Assembly: GCA_963544395.1 (NCBI GenBank)
Contig: CAUUFA010000005.1
Location: 7,499 to 71,498, forward strand
From: an uncultured Bacilli bacterium
GTDB lineage: Bacteria > Bacillota_I > Bacilli_A > RFN20 > CAG-288
DNA: 64,000 nt
Direction of reading: 5' to 3'
The translations under genes were made by a program, and so were the position numbers. The notes beneath the pieces are model-generated. The model searched no databases and had not been told where the DNA came from. It saw only the letters and a list, made by a program, of their open reading frames with translations. Each line of letters opens with the position of its first letter. The first letter of the stretch is position 1. Positions 1 through 10,223 of the stretch are shown here, piece after piece.

Positions 1-98
1 AGCATCTCTGATTCTGTTTGGCTCAATTGAGAAGAAACCCTGCCAGGCTTTCCCTCGCGGGTCAAAATCGTTAGAATAGTAAGGTACGAGGAGCATCT

Positions 99-3000
99 AT
101 GGATAATTTACTACGCCGTTTCCTAACGAAAATCGGAATTCAGGATCTCTCGCCTTATCAAGGTGGATCCTTTATTGATATCAAGAACGACCGAGATAAC
201 AACATGATTTTCGGGACGCTTTCTTTCCCGACTTATCTGAGCTATCCGTCCTATGAAACTTTTTTCGATACGATCAACACTTTTGTTTCCCGAGGTGGGT
301 TCGGGATCACTTTGAAATTCGTCTATCAGAATGAGGAGGATGAGTTTCCCCGACTCCTTGAAGAATTCAAGGAAGCGCGAGGATGCACGATGCTCGATGA
401 CGTTCAGTTCATCGAGGAAGAGAGGAAGGTTCTCTTTTATTACAACACGCCGGCCGGAGCTTCTCAGATCGCAGATGAGGCGAGGCTTCTTTGCGATTTC
501 CTTGACTCCATCTCCTCCAGCTATCACATCCTGACTCAAGAACGCGTTTACTTCTCTGACGATTTTCAGAACAAGCGCGATGAAGAGAACCTGAAGCGAG
601 GTCAGGAAGCCGCCAAAAAGTTTGCTGAATATGAGAAGATTCAGTCTAATTATCAGCCTTGCCGGATCCACGATATCGAAAAGTTCCGGATGGTAGAAGT
701 TGAAGGCACGATCTTTGCCGTGCCTCCGGAAAAGATAAGGAAGACGAAGAAAGGCACCACCATCGAGACCATCATGTACACCGATGGCTCCGACTCGATC
801 ACTTCGACACTTTTCGAAAGCAAGAAGATGCCTCTGGAAGAGATGGATAAGTTCAAAGTCGGCACCAAGATCAAAGTCAAAGGTCAGACCGAATATGATC
901 GTTATCAGCATAACCGGCTCGTGATCCGCATCGATGAAATCTCCATACTTCCGCCCGATCCTTTGAGAGAGGACACGTATCCAGGCAAGAAAAGAGTCGA
1001 GCTGCACTGTCATACCAAGATGTCGGATTTTGACGGTGTCGCAGACATCACGCAATATATTGAGACAGCCAAGCGCTGGGGACATAAGGCGATTGCGGTA
1101 ACCGATCACGGCGATGTGCAGAGTTTTCCTTCCGCCCAGGCTGCTGCGAAAAAGAACGGCATTAAAGTTCTTTATGGGTGTGAGCTCTATATGATCGATG
1201 ATGCGCCGATCTACATTTACAATCCGTCGAAGAAGCGTCTGAACGATAAGAAGACCACTTATGTTGTCTTTGACCTTGAGACGACCGGATTAAGTGCCAG
1301 ATACGATCGCATCATCGAATTCGGTGCGGTCAAAATGGATGTCACCGGTCAGATTCTGGATGAAGTGGATTTCTTCATCAAGCCCGATATGAAGCTTTCT
1401 TCCTTCTCGATTCAGATTTCCCACATCACTCAGGAGATGGCCGATTCCGGAAGACCGATCCGCCAGGCTCTGAAGCAGATATTGGACTTTTTTGGACCGG
1501 ACAGCATTTTGGTCGGACATAACGTCGCCTTCGACTACGGATTTCTCAATGAGGCGCTGAAGAACAACGGGATGGAGACCATCCACAATCCGGTGATCGA
1601 TACCTTGCCGCTTGCCCGTTATCTGTATCAGGATATGCGACGTCACACCGAAGGTGTCATCGCCCGAAGATTAGGCATCGAATTTGATGATTCCTCTGCG
1701 CACCGCGCAAACTATGATGCTTCTACCTTAGGCAAGATCTTCGAGATCATGCTAGCCACTCTGACTCAGGAAAAACCGGATATGGCGCACGAGGATCTCA
1801 ATCTTGAACAGCTTCCGGTCAGCGTCGATATGATCAAAGGGATGCATCCTTATCATGTGACAGCTTATATTCGTGATAAAGAAGGGGTGAGAGATCTTTA
1901 TCAGATTGTCTCAGACTCCAATATCCGCTATATGTCCTACAACGCGACACCGCTGGTTCCGAAAAGCTATCTCACCGCTCATCGCGCCAATCTGCTTTTG
2001 GGCAGTGCCTGCCTTAACGGCGAAGTCTTTGAGGCTGCGATGACAAAGTCAGCAGAGATCACCAGAGAGAAGATGGCGTACTATGACTTCATTGAAGTTC
2101 AGCCTCCGGAAAACTATATCTATCTGATTCATCGAGGTCAGATTCACGATGAGGATCAGGTGAAGATGATGCTGTCCGATCTCATCCGTGAAGCGAGAGA
2201 GAACGGCAAGATTGTCTGTGCGACAGGTGATTGTCATTACCTCGATCCGAAGGATAAGATCTTCCGCGATATTTTCATCTCTTCGAAAGGCCTGAAAGGA
2301 GCAAGGCACCCGCTCAATCTCGCTCCGAGAGAAGGGCGACCAGAGCAGGAAAAGCAGGCCTGGTATAAACATCCTCTGCCCAATCCTGACCAGCATTTTC
2401 GGACGACGGATGAGATGATGAACTGCTTCTCCTTCCTCAACGATCCGACATTGGAAGAAGAAATTGTCATCGAAAATACCAATCGTATCTGCGATATGAT
2501 TCCGGATGATATAGAGCCGCTTCGTTCCGGCACATACACGCCGGTTGTTCCGGGTGCGCCGGAAAAGCTGAAGAACCTATGCCTTGAGACAGCCAAAGAG
2601 CTTTATGGTGATCCTTTGCCGAAAGAGATTCAGGAGAGACTGGATGCAGAGCTCAAAGGTATCATCGACAACGGATACTCGGTCATTTACTGGCTGTCAT
2701 CCGAGATTGTCCGCTGGTCGAACTCCGAAGGCTATATGATCGGTTCACGAGGCTCTGTCGGTTCTTCCCTTGTCGCGACGATGACTGGGATCACCGAGGT
2801 CAATCCGCTTCCTCCGCACTACCGCTGCCCGAAATGCAAGCATCTGGAATGGGCGGATATCAGCAAGTATGATTCCGGCTTTGACCTTCCGGCCAAGAAG
2901 TGTCCGGAGTGCGGATGCGATATGATCGGCGACGGACAGAACATTCCGTTTGCCACCTTCCTAGGGTTCAAGGCGGAGAAAGTTCCGGATATCGACCTCA

Positions 3001-4472
3001 ACTTCCCCTCTGACTTCCAGTCGAGAGCTCATCTTCACATGAAGAAGATCCTCAACGAGACGGGGAACACCTGCTTCAAAGCCGGGACGATTCAGACCGT
3101 GCAGGACAAGCAGGCCAGAGGCTATGTGTTAGGTTATTTTGAGTCTCTCAACATCGATAAATCTAAAGTCAGGGATGAGGAGATCACCCGCTTGGCGACA
3201 GGATGCATCGATGTCAAGCGTTCAACCGGTCAGCATCCGGGCGGTGTCATCGTCATTCCGAAAGGATACGATGCCTATGATTTCACGCCGGTTCAATATC
3301 CGGCGGGAGACTTGGATTCGGATTGGGAGACGACGCATTTCGACTTCCACGCCATCCACGACAACGTTCTGAAATTCGATATGCTCGGTCACGTAGACCC
3401 TCAGGCGATCCGTATGCAGTGCGACCTCTGCGGGTTCAGCTTCTTGGATATGAAGGAGAAGATACCGATCTCTGATCCGGAAGCACATTCTCTCTTCTGG
3501 TCAGCGGAGGCTCTTCATCTGAAAAACAATGCCCTGGAGCAGGCGACTGGCGCTTTGGGGCTTCCGGAATTCGGAACCGAGAACGGACGAAGAGTCCTTT
3601 TGGAGACGAAGCCTCGTTCCTTCTCCGACCTCGTCAGAATCTCCGGACTCTCTCACGGAACGGATGTCTTTGCTGGAAACGCCGAGACCCTAATCGTTGA
3701 AAAAGGGTTTTCTCTCGGCGATGTCATCGCCTGCCGCGATGATATCATGACCGTGCTTCACGACCGATACGGTGTCGAGAATTCGGATGCGTTCAACATC
3801 ATGGAATTCACCCGTAAAGGCAACTTCGGCAAGAAGGGGAACGATGAGAAGAAAGCAAAGTTCGATCAGATCATGAAGGAGCATAAAGTTCCGGAGTGGT
3901 ATATTGAATCCTGCCATAAGATCGCCTACATGTTCCCGAAAGGACATGCGGTCGCCTATGTTTCCAACTGCATCCGCTGCGCTTGGTTCAAGGTTCATGA
4001 GCCGTTGGCGTATTACGCTACGTATTTCACCTTGCGCTGCGACGCTTATGATATCCACACCATGATGCAAGGCATCCGACCTTGCCTCGAGAAGCGGAAC
4101 GATATTCTGGAAAGAAATTCCCGCCACCTTCCTGTCACCAACACTGAGCTGGCCAGAATCAACGCCTACGAGTCAACCATAGAGATGTATGATCGCGGAT
4201 ACACATTCGCTCCTCTTTCCATCGAAAGAAGCGAAGCCACACGTTTCACAATCGATAAAAAGAACAACCAGGTGATTCCTAGCTTCACCTGCATCGACGG
4301 ACTTGGAATAGCCGTGGCAGAACAGATTGTCAAAGCCAGAGAAGAGCAGCCGTTTACCTCGGTTGAAGATCTGAAATACCGAGCGAAACTCGGCGATACA
4401 ATCATCGCCAAGCTCCGTGAAATCGGCGCTTTGGACAATCTTCCTGACTCCGCTCAGATGACTCTGTTCTGA
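99..4472 (+). CDS. polC: DNA polymerase III alpha subunit, PolC type (Gram-positive replicative polymerase with inserted 3'-5' exonuclease)
   Basis: 1457 aa ORF. PHP-like HCHTKMSDFDG, DEDDh exonuclease motif VVFDLETTGL, PolC-like length. Upstream -10 TAGAAT and RBS GAGGAG 8 nt before the ATG at 99. Confidence 0.93.
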   Translation: MDNLLRRFLTKIGIQDLSPYQGGSFIDIKNDRDNNMIFGTLSFPTYLSYPSYETFFDTINTFVSRGGFGITLKFVYQNEEDEFPRLLEEFKEARGCTMLDDVQFIEEERKVLFYYNTPAGASQIADEARLLCDFLDSISSSYHILTQERVYFSDDFQNKRDEENLKRGQEAAKKFAEYEKIQSNYQPCRIHDIEKFRMVEVEGTIFAVPPEKIRKTKKGTTIETIMYTDGSDSITSTLFESKKMPLEEMDKFKVGTKIKVKGQTEYDRYQHNRLVIRIDEISILPPDPLREDTYPGKKRVELHCHTKMSDFDGVADITQYIETAKRWGHKAIAVTDHGDVQSFPSAQAAAKKNGIKVLYGCELYMIDDAPIYIYNPSKKRLNDKKTTYVVFDLETTGLSARYDRIIEFGAVKMDVTGQILDEVDFFIKPDMKLSSFSIQISHITQEMADSGRPIRQALKQILDFFGPDSILVGHNVAFDYGFLNEALKNNGMETIHNPVIDTLPLARYLYQDMRRHTEGVIARRLGIEFDDSSAHRANYDASTLGKIFEIMLATLTQEKPDMAHEDLNLEQLPVSVDMIKGMHPYHVTAYIRDKEGVRDLYQIVSDSNIRYMSYNATPLVPKSYLTAHRANLLLGSACLNGEVFEAAMTKSAEITREKMAYYDFIEVQPPENYIYLIHRGQIHDEDQVKMMLSDLIREARENGKIVCATGDCHYLDPKDKIFRDIFISSKGLKGARHPLNLAPREGRPEQEKQAWYKHPLPNPDQHFRTTDEMMNCFSFLNDPTLEEEIVIENTNRICDMIPDDIEPLRSGTYTPVVPGAPEKLKNLCLETAKELYGDPLPKEIQERLDAELKGIIDNGYSVIYWLSSEIVRWSNSEGYMIGSRGSVGSSLVATMTGITEVNPLPPHYRCPKCKHLEWADISKYDSGFDLPAKKCPECGCDMIGDGQNIPFATFLGFKAEKVPDIDLNFPSDFQSRAHLHMKKILNETGNTCFKAGTIQTVQDKQARGYVLGYFESLNIDKSKVRDEEITRLATGCIDVKRSTGQHPGGVIVIPKGYDAYDFTPVQYPAGDLDSDWETTHFDFHAIHDNVLKFDMLGHVDPQAIRMQCDLCGFSFLDMKEKIPISDPEAHSLFWSAEALHLKNNALEQATGALGLPEFGTENGRRVLLETKPRSFSDLVRISGLSHGTDVFAGNAETLIVEKGFSLGDVIACRDDIMTVLHDRYGVENSDAFNIMEFTRKGNFGKKGNDEKKAKFDQIMKEHKVPEWYIESCHKIAYMFPKGHAVAYVSNCIRCAWFKVHEPLAYYATYFTLRCDAYDIHTMMQGIRPCLEKRNDILERNSRHLPVTNTELARINAYESTIEMYDRGYTFAPLSIERSEATRFTIDKKNNQVIPSFTCIDGLGIAVAEQIVKAREEQPFTSVEDLKYRAKLGDTIIAKLREIGALDNLPDSAQMTLF

Positions 4473-4948
4473 GACGGATCAGACAGAAACGTCAGCGGTG
4501 TGTAAGCGAATAAGTCAAAGAAAAGACTCTGCAGTATTTGCCTGAAACACTGCAAGTTGGAGAGACGGAAATATGAAGAGAAACTTAGTCTGCTTGAAGC
4601 GGCCTACGATGCTTATGTGATTGAATTCAGGACTTGCTCCGTGCAATCCGATCAACGAAGACAAGAGCAACCAAGAAATCGATCCTCTTTTTGACAAGGC
4701 TGACAAAACCATGCTCGACGCTCTTTTCGTCGACGAGGATGAGACGTACAAGCTTTTGTCAAACGATAATGCATTCAGCTTCCTATATGATTTTTCCCTG
4801 AGAATCAGAAGCATTTCGGATCTAAAAAACTCGCTAAGGCGCTTGTTGATACCTTAGAAAAGCAAGTCGATTACAATCATGATGCTGTCGCTGTGTCAAG
4901 GGAGCGAACAGCTACGTCGAATAACTTTCTGAAAAGGCGTTTCCTGGT

Positions 4949-4979
4949 CAAAAAAAGGCCTAAGGTTTCCCTTAAGCCT
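4949..4979 (-). terminator. Rho-independent terminator for the minus-strand gene ending at 4972; the stop codon lies inside the hairpin
   Basis: Stem aggcctaagg (4956-4965), loop tttc, stem ccttaagcct (4970-4979), 10 bp with one G-U pair. A plus-strand A7 run at 4949-4955 gives a U-tract on the minus strand. Confidence 0.45.
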
Positions 4980-6315
4980 TCAGATTGGCGTTGACTTGTT
5001 TCAGCAGAGATTTCAGTGATTCCTCATTGTTGGTGCTGGCGGAAGTCTTAAGTAAGAAGCTCTCTTTTCCGATGTGATCGTCATCGACGGCGAGGATGCT
5101 GTTTCCGTCAACATCTGCATAACCTTCGCCGGATTTATCGAGGTAACCGGAGAGCTCACGGATTTCGGGATAGCAGTCATAGCCCTTTAGCTCACTTTGG
5201 CTCAGGGCTTTGGCACGGAAGCCGGGATAATAGGAGACGGTGTAGACCGAGGCGAGGTTCTTTGTGATGGAGTCGGAGAAGCCGACGGCAAGAGTCGCCT
5301 TGGTTTTATCTGCTTCCTTAAGGGAAGCGACGGCTTTGATTTTATAGATCTTTTCCGCAGTGACCTGTTCCGCAAGACTGTGATAAGCAGCCTGGCTGTT
5401 GTCATCGATCTGCGGAAGCGGAACAAATCTTGTATCTGTATCTGTATCTGTACCTGTTTTCTGATAGAAGCTGCGAAAGACGACAGCGTCGTAATAATCG
5501 TCAGGCAGAACGGACCCGCACTCTTCCACTCGGATGATAAAATAAGGAGAGAGCTTATTGTTTTTCAGAGTGACACGCTTTCTGTTTCCGGCGCGATCCG
5601 GCAGTGAGTAGAAGCTTTCGTCAAAGCTCTTTTCACTGGAAAGGGAGTAAGGATAGCGGTCGTGGTTAGAGACGGGGATATCCTTCTGAATCGGAAAGAC
5701 GAGGTAATCGCCGGCACTCAGATAAGAGACATCGATCGCATAGCCCGAGGAGAATAAAGTGACATCTCCGGTTGAATCTTGATTGAGATTGTAGAGAGCA
5801 AAACCGATATAGCCATCACCGGAGACGATCTTATCGTTGTGCGCTCCGTCATAGAGAGACGGGGTGATCTTCGACTCGCTTAAGAAGAGACGATTCCCGA
5901 GGACAGCGACATCTTTGAGCTTGCCTCTTCTCGATTTGTTGGCATCTGTCGTTCCGAACTCTCCGTATTTTCTGACCGACTGAGAGTAGGATTTCCCCTG
6001 CAGCGTGATGTAGCCATCCTGCGTCGCCTTGGTCTGATCCCGAAGCAGGAGAGCGACCGAGTAAACAGCCGTACCGAAAACGGCGAGGACGATGGCGGCG
6101 GAGATGACTTTCGCCAAGATGCCGCTGACGTTCCGTTTGACCGGAGGAACTTCGGCGGGTGAAGCGTTGTTGCTGTTGTTGAGGGTGATGTTGATGTTCG
6201 AAGGAGCCGGAGTTGATGCCTCCGGTTTCTCTCTGACGCTGTCCTTTATTTCCTCTGTCGGCTGTGGGACAGGTGCTTGCGGTGCTGTTTCTTTCTGTTT
6301 CCGATGGAAGAACAC
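4972..6315 (-). CDS. Hypothetical membrane-anchored protein with a Pro-rich N-terminus, one TM helix and a large extracytoplasmic domain
   Basis: 447 aa. Hydrophobic segment ILAKVISAAIVLAVFGTAVYSVALLL after a Pro/Ser-rich N-terminus. Start overlaps the asnS stop by 4 nt (translational coupling). No family motif recognised. Confidence 0.55.
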   Translation of the reverse strand: MFFHRKQKETAPQAPVPQPTEEIKDSVREKPEASTPAPSNINITLNNSNNASPAEVPPVKRNVSGILAKVISAAIVLAVFGTAVYSVALLLRDQTKATQDGYITLQGKSYSQSVRKYGEFGTTDANKSRRGKLKDVAVLGNRLFLSESKITPSLYDGAHNDKIVSGDGYIGFALYNLNQDSTGDVTLFSSGYAIDVSYLSAGDYLVFPIQKDIPVSNHDRYPYSLSSEKSFDESFYSLPDRAGNRKRVTLKNNKLSPYFIIRVEECGSVLPDDYYDAVVFRSFYQKTGTDTDTDTRFVPLPQIDDNSQAAYHSLAEQVTAEKIYKIKAVASLKEADKTKATLAVGFSDSITKNLASVYTVSYYPGFRAKALSQSELKGYDCYPEIRELSGYLDKSGEGYADVDGNSILAVDDDHIGKESFLLKTSASTNNEESLKSLLKQVNANLKA

Positions 6316-6318
6316 GAT

Positions 6319-7698
6319 TTAGAACTCCATGTCTTTGTAGCAGCGCGGATAAGGAAGCGTATCGCGGATGTTTGTCATTCCGGTGACGAGCATGACAAGC
6401 CTCTCAAAGCCAAGGCCGAAGCCGGAGTGAGGAATGGATCCGTTTCTGCGGAGATCAAGATACCACTCATAGGCGGGAATGTTCATCTTGAGCTCTTCCA
6501 TGCGGGAGAGAAGCTTCTGATAGTCGCACTCTCTCTGAGACCCGCCGCAGAGTTCGCCGATATTAGGAACGAGGAGGTCACAGGCGCCGACTGTCTTTCC
6601 GTCATCGTTCTGCTTCATATAGAACGCCTTGATATCCTTTGGATAATCCGTTAAGAAGATCGGTCCGTGGAAGACCTGTTCGGTGAGATAACGCTCGTGC
6701 TCTGAGCCGAGGTCCAAGCCGAAATGGATGTCGGAGACATCAAAATGATGACCGGCCTTGACCGCATCGGAGAGGATCTGAATCGCCTCTTCATAGCGGA
6801 CTCTCTTAAAGGGCTTGTCGATGAAGCTGTTGACAGTCTCCATGAGGTTCTTATCGACCCAATGGGTGAAGAACTTCATATCCTGAGCACAGTCTGCCAC
6901 CGTGTTTCTGACGACATATTTCAGGAAATCCTCTTCGATGTTGCAGAGATCGGAAAGATCCGCCCAGGCGATCTCCGGCTCGATCATCCAGAACTCCGCC
7001 GCATGGCGGGTGGTGTTGGACTTCTCGGCGCGGAAGGTCGGACCGAAGGTGTAGACTTTGCCATAGGCTAAAGCGAATGGTTCGACGTGAAGCTGTCCGG
7101 AGACGGTGAGATGGACGTTGTCCTTGCCGAAAAATTCTTCGGGTTTCTTCGGATCGGCGTTGACGTTGAACGTCTGACCTTCGCCTTCACAGTCGTTGGC
7201 GGTGAGGATCGGTGTGTGGATCCAGTAGTAGCCGTGAGAGTGAAAGTACTGGTGAATGTAGTAGGCCAAGGTGCTTCGGACACGGAAGACAGCGTTGAAG
7301 GTGTTGGTTTTCATTCTCCACTGCGGAAGCGTGCGGAGATACTCAAATCCCATCTTCTTTTTCTGAAGCGGATAGGAGTCATCGACATCGCCGATGAGGG
7401 TGATGCTCTCCGCCTGGATCTCAAACGGCTGTTTGGCTTCCGGTGTGACATGAAGTTTCCCTGTCACCTCGAGGGAAGCGCCCATCTTGATGGCGTCGTT
7501 TTTTCTGTCAGAGTAGACGATCTGAAGGTTCTCAAAACAGGATCCATCGTTGATGGTCAGGAAACCGATGTTTCCGCTGAAGCGGTTGAATCGGACATAA
7601 CCGCCGAAGGTGAGCGGGCTCCCCTCTAGCTCGGCGATCGTTTTGTCCTCAGTTTTGTCAAAGAGGTCTTTGACCGTGTATTTTTCAGTCAGTTCCAT
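6319..7698 (-). CDS. asnS: Asparagine--tRNA ligase (class II)
   Basis: 459 aa. Class II motifs, FRAEKSNTTRHAAEFWMIEPE and GLGFERLVM-like C-terminus, typical AsnRS size. Confidence 0.88.
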   Translation of the reverse strand: MELTEKYTVKDLFDKTEDKTIAELEGSPLTFGGYVRFNRFSGNIGFLTINDGSCFENLQIVYSDRKNDAIKMGASLEVTGKLHVTPEAKQPFEIQAESITLIGDVDDSYPLQKKKMGFEYLRTLPQWRMKTNTFNAVFRVRSTLAYYIHQYFHSHGYYWIHTPILTANDCEGEGQTFNVNADPKKPEEFFGKDNVHLTVSGQLHVEPFALAYGKVYTFGPTFRAEKSNTTRHAAEFWMIEPEIAWADLSDLCNIEEDFLKYVVRNTVADCAQDMKFFTHWVDKNLMETVNSFIDKPFKRVRYEEAIQILSDAVKAGHHFDVSDIHFGLDLGSEHERYLTEQVFHGPIFLTDYPKDIKAFYMKQNDDGKTVGACDLLVPNIGELCGGSQRECDYQKLLSRMEELKMNIPAYEWYLDLRRNGSIPHSGFGLGFERLVMLVTGMTNIRDTLPYPRCYKDMEF

Positions 7699-7712
7699 AA
7701 AGATGGCTCCTT

Positions 7713-8750
7713 TCAGTGTTTTCTCTGGCCTTCCGTCTCTAACGGACGGTTGGGTTCGGTTGTGCAGGAGAGCGGTGCAAGCTTTCCCTGCTCAATCATA
7801 TGGTGGGCGGTCTTGGCAATCATCGCTGCATTATCGGTCGTGCACCAGAGGGGTGGAATCATGACTTCGATGCCGCTGTTTTCAAAGCGGCGGATGACTT
7901 CCTGACGGAGATAGGAGTTGGCGCTCACGCCTCCGCCGACAACCACCTGCTTCACGCCTTTATCTAACGCAGCCTGATGGACTTTCTCCAAGAGCTGATT
8001 GATGAAGTTCACCTCGGTGCTTCTCGCATAGCGGCGGACGACATCATCGGGGAGTTTTCCCCCGGCATCCTTTGGCTCCTTGTCGATGAGGCGGACAAGA
8101 TGGGACTTCAGTCCGGAGTAGGAAAGATCGTACCCGCTGACTTTCGGCTTGGGAAGCGGGAAGACCTCGATATTAGGATCCTGACTGACTTTGTCAATCA
8201 TGACGCCGCCCGGATAAGGGAGACCCAGCTCTCTTGCGACTTTGTCGAACGCCTCTCCGATCGCATCATCCTCCGTCTCGCCGAGGATTTCAAACTGCAG
8301 CGGAGAAGGAAGATAGACGATCTCGGAATTTCCGCCACTGGCGACAAGTGCGATTAAAGGATAATGGAATTCGGTGACATATTCGTTAGCGTAGATATGC
8401 CCAGCGAGGTGATGGACGGAGATCAGAGGAACATTCAGGTACTCGGCGATAGTCTTCGCAGCCATATTGCCGATCTGCAAAGCCCCAGGAAGACCAGGAC
8501 CGCCGGTGACGGCAACGTGAGTGATGCTGTGCCAATCGAAGCCTTTGAGGGAGAGGGAATAGGAGAGAACCTTGGTGATGTTCTTGAGATGGAGCCTGCT
8601 GGCAAGCTCAGGATAGACACCGCCGAAACGCTGGTGGTCTTTGATCTGTGTGTTGACGGAATTGACGAGCAGCTCCGTCCCGTTCTTTAAAACGGCGACA
8701 GCGGTCTCGTCGCAGCTGGACTCAATCGCCAGAATCACTTCATCTTTCAT
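7713..8750 (-). CDS. tsaD: tRNA N6-adenosine threonylcarbamoyltransferase TsaD (Kae1/Gcp family)
   Basis: 345 aa. N-terminus ILAIESSCDETAVAV. Sits in the conserved tsaE-tsaB-rimI-tsaD order. Confidence 0.88.
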   Translation of the reverse strand: MKDEVILAIESSCDETAVAVLKNGTELLVNSVNTQIKDHQRFGGVYPELASRLHLKNITKVLSYSLSLKGFDWHSITHVAVTGGPGLPGALQIGNMAAKTIAEYLNVPLISVHHLAGHIYANEYVTEFHYPLIALVASGGNSEIVYLPSPLQFEILGETEDDAIGEAFDKVARELGLPYPGGVMIDKVSQDPNIEVFPLPKPKVSGYDLSYSGLKSHLVRLIDKEPKDAGGKLPDDVVRRYARSTEVNFINQLLEKVHQAALDKGVKQVVVGGGVSANSYLRQEVIRRFENSGIEVMIPPLWCTTDNAAMIAKTAHHMIEQGKLAPLSCTTEPNRPLETEGQRKH

Positions 8751-9180
8751 GAGTTAAAACCTCTTTTTTATAACAGAGCGCATCATCATCGGGATAATAG
8801 TTTTGGCGTTCGCGGTAGAACACAAACCCGGCATGTTCGTAGAGCGTGATGGCTCTCTGATTCTTCTTTCTGACTTCCAGAAAACAGGTTCCCGGATGAT
8901 TCGTTTTTATCTGATTTAAGGTGTCGATAAGCAGCCTCTTTCCGATTCCCTGGCCCTCTCTGTCCTGGCGGATTGCGATCTCATCGATCTCGGTGTCTTC
9001 GCCTTCCTCTCGGTAGAGAATGTATCCGAGGATGGACTTGTCCTCTTCGAAAACGAAGAGGGCGGCGTCAGGATTTTCCAAGCAGGGTCGATAGTTATCT
9101 GCCTTTGCTGTCTCTTGGTGGATTCTCTGAGAAAGAAGGACAATCTGAGGCAGATCGGAGAGCATCGCTTTTCGGATCAT
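8740..9180 (-). CDS. rimI: GNAT acetyltransferase, ribosomal-protein-alanine N-acetyltransferase RimI-like
   Basis: 146 aa. GNAT motif REGQGIGKRLL. Position between tsaB and tsaD. Confidence 0.72.
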   Translation of the reverse strand: MIRKAMLSDLPQIVLLSQRIHQETAKADNYRPCLENPDAALFVFEEDKSILGYILYREEGEDTEIDEIAIRQDREGQGIGKRLLIDTLNQIKTNHPGTCFLEVRKKNQRAITLYEHAGFVFYRERQNYYPDDDALCYKKEVLTHER

Positions 9181-9821
9181 ATCTTCAGCACGTACTCTGG
9201 AAGATACTCTTCTTCTCTGTCGGAGAAGTCTTCAAACGCATCCTTGTTTTCCATCATCTTTGCCATCACATCGATCGGAATGATGTCGAATCCTTCTAGA
9301 GCCTTCATGGCGAGCTTATCTTTCTTTTCCACGACGATCTTCTCGGATTTATCTAACGAGGAAACCTGGTCGCTATCAACTCTAGTGATCGTGATCTCCT
9401 TGTCCTTTCTCTCTGCGACAAAAAGGTTTCCGTTCCGATCAGAGAGAGCGGCTCTCATCGATGCTTCGCCCTCAAGGAAGAGATCCATGGTCTTGATGCC
9501 GTAGATACGGATCTTGGGTTGGAAGGCGTAGATGGTGCGAGGAATGGTGAGCCCTAAGCGGATGCCGGTATTAGAGCCAGGCCCAAGTAAACAATAAAAG
9601 GCATCGACATCCTTCAGAGAGAGGTTCAGTTCCTCAAGCAGCGTCTTAATGCCGAGATTGGTTCTCTCCAAGGCGGCCTTCGGATTTCCCATATCGACGC
9701 GGAGTGTCTGCATCTGATCGATCATGACGCCTAGCTGCAGCGCTTTGGTCGCGGTGTTGATGAACAGGCGGACTGTTTTAGAATCTTTCATCTTCGATGA
9801 CAATCTTTCTCTTATCTTCAT
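9177..9821 (-). CDS. tsaB: tRNA threonylcarbamoyladenosine biosynthesis protein TsaB (YeaZ-like inactive Kae1 paralog)
   Basis: 214 aa. Operon context with tsaE and tsaD. YeaZ-like N-terminus LFINTATKALQLGVM. Confidence 0.78.
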   Translation of the reverse strand: MKIRERLSSKMKDSKTVRLFINTATKALQLGVMIDQMQTLRVDMGNPKAALERTNLGIKTLLEELNLSLKDVDAFYCLLGPGSNTGIRLGLTIPRTIYAFQPKIRIYGIKTMDLFLEGEASMRAALSDRNGNLFVAERKDKEITITRVDSDQVSSLDKSEKIVVEKKDKLAMKALEGFDIIPIDVMAKMMENKDAFEDFSDREEEYLPEYVLKI

Positions 9822-10221
9822 CGAGATAAGTAAATGTTAAGTGGATGACAGGGTGGTAGTGAAGGAGGTATCCGTTTCCGAACGCCGGCCACTCCACATA
9901 GGTGATGATGCCTTTGTCGCCGAGAACCTCGTCTAATCCGAGGTCTTTTCTCTCTTCATCGGCGTTCTCCAGACGATAGCAGTCGACGTGATAGAGCTGA
10001 TACGGCTTTCCCTGATAGATTTTGATGAGGTTAAAGGTGGGTGAATTGATGGTTCTCTCGACCCCTAAGGCTTTCCCTAAGCCTTGGCAGAAGGCGGTCT
10101 TTCCCGCGCCGAGAGGTCCCTCGGCCAGGAGGACTTCACCGCCCTGAAGCGTCTCGGCTAGCTGCGTTGCGATCTCTTTTGTTTCCTCGGCGCTTTCAGT
10201 GATATATTCCGTGGTTTTCAT
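9778..10221 (-). CDS. tsaE: tRNA threonylcarbamoyladenosine biosynthesis ATPase TsaE (YjeE)
   Basis: 147 aa. P-loop GPLGAGKT, YjeE size, heads the tsa operon. Confidence 0.85.
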   Translation of the reverse strand: MKTTEYITESAEETKEIATQLAETLQGGEVLLAEGPLGAGKTAFCQGLGKALGVERTINSPTFNLIKIYQGKPYQLYHVDCYRLENADEERKDLGLDEVLGDKGIITYVEWPAFGNGYLLHYHPVIHLTFTYLDEDKRKIVIEDERF

Positions 10222-10223
10222 AG

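Noticed and set aside
123-1109. 328 aa antisense ORF inside polC. Similar long antisense ORFs occur at 19397-20245 inside galK, 41150-42202 inside glgA, 50298-51026 inside adhE, 35240-36313 inside jetC and 23753-24331 inside ftsK.
   Set aside because: They lie fully inside strong, motif-supported sense genes, have no RBS or family motifs, and long antisense frames are expected from the codon bias of GC-moderate coding DNA.
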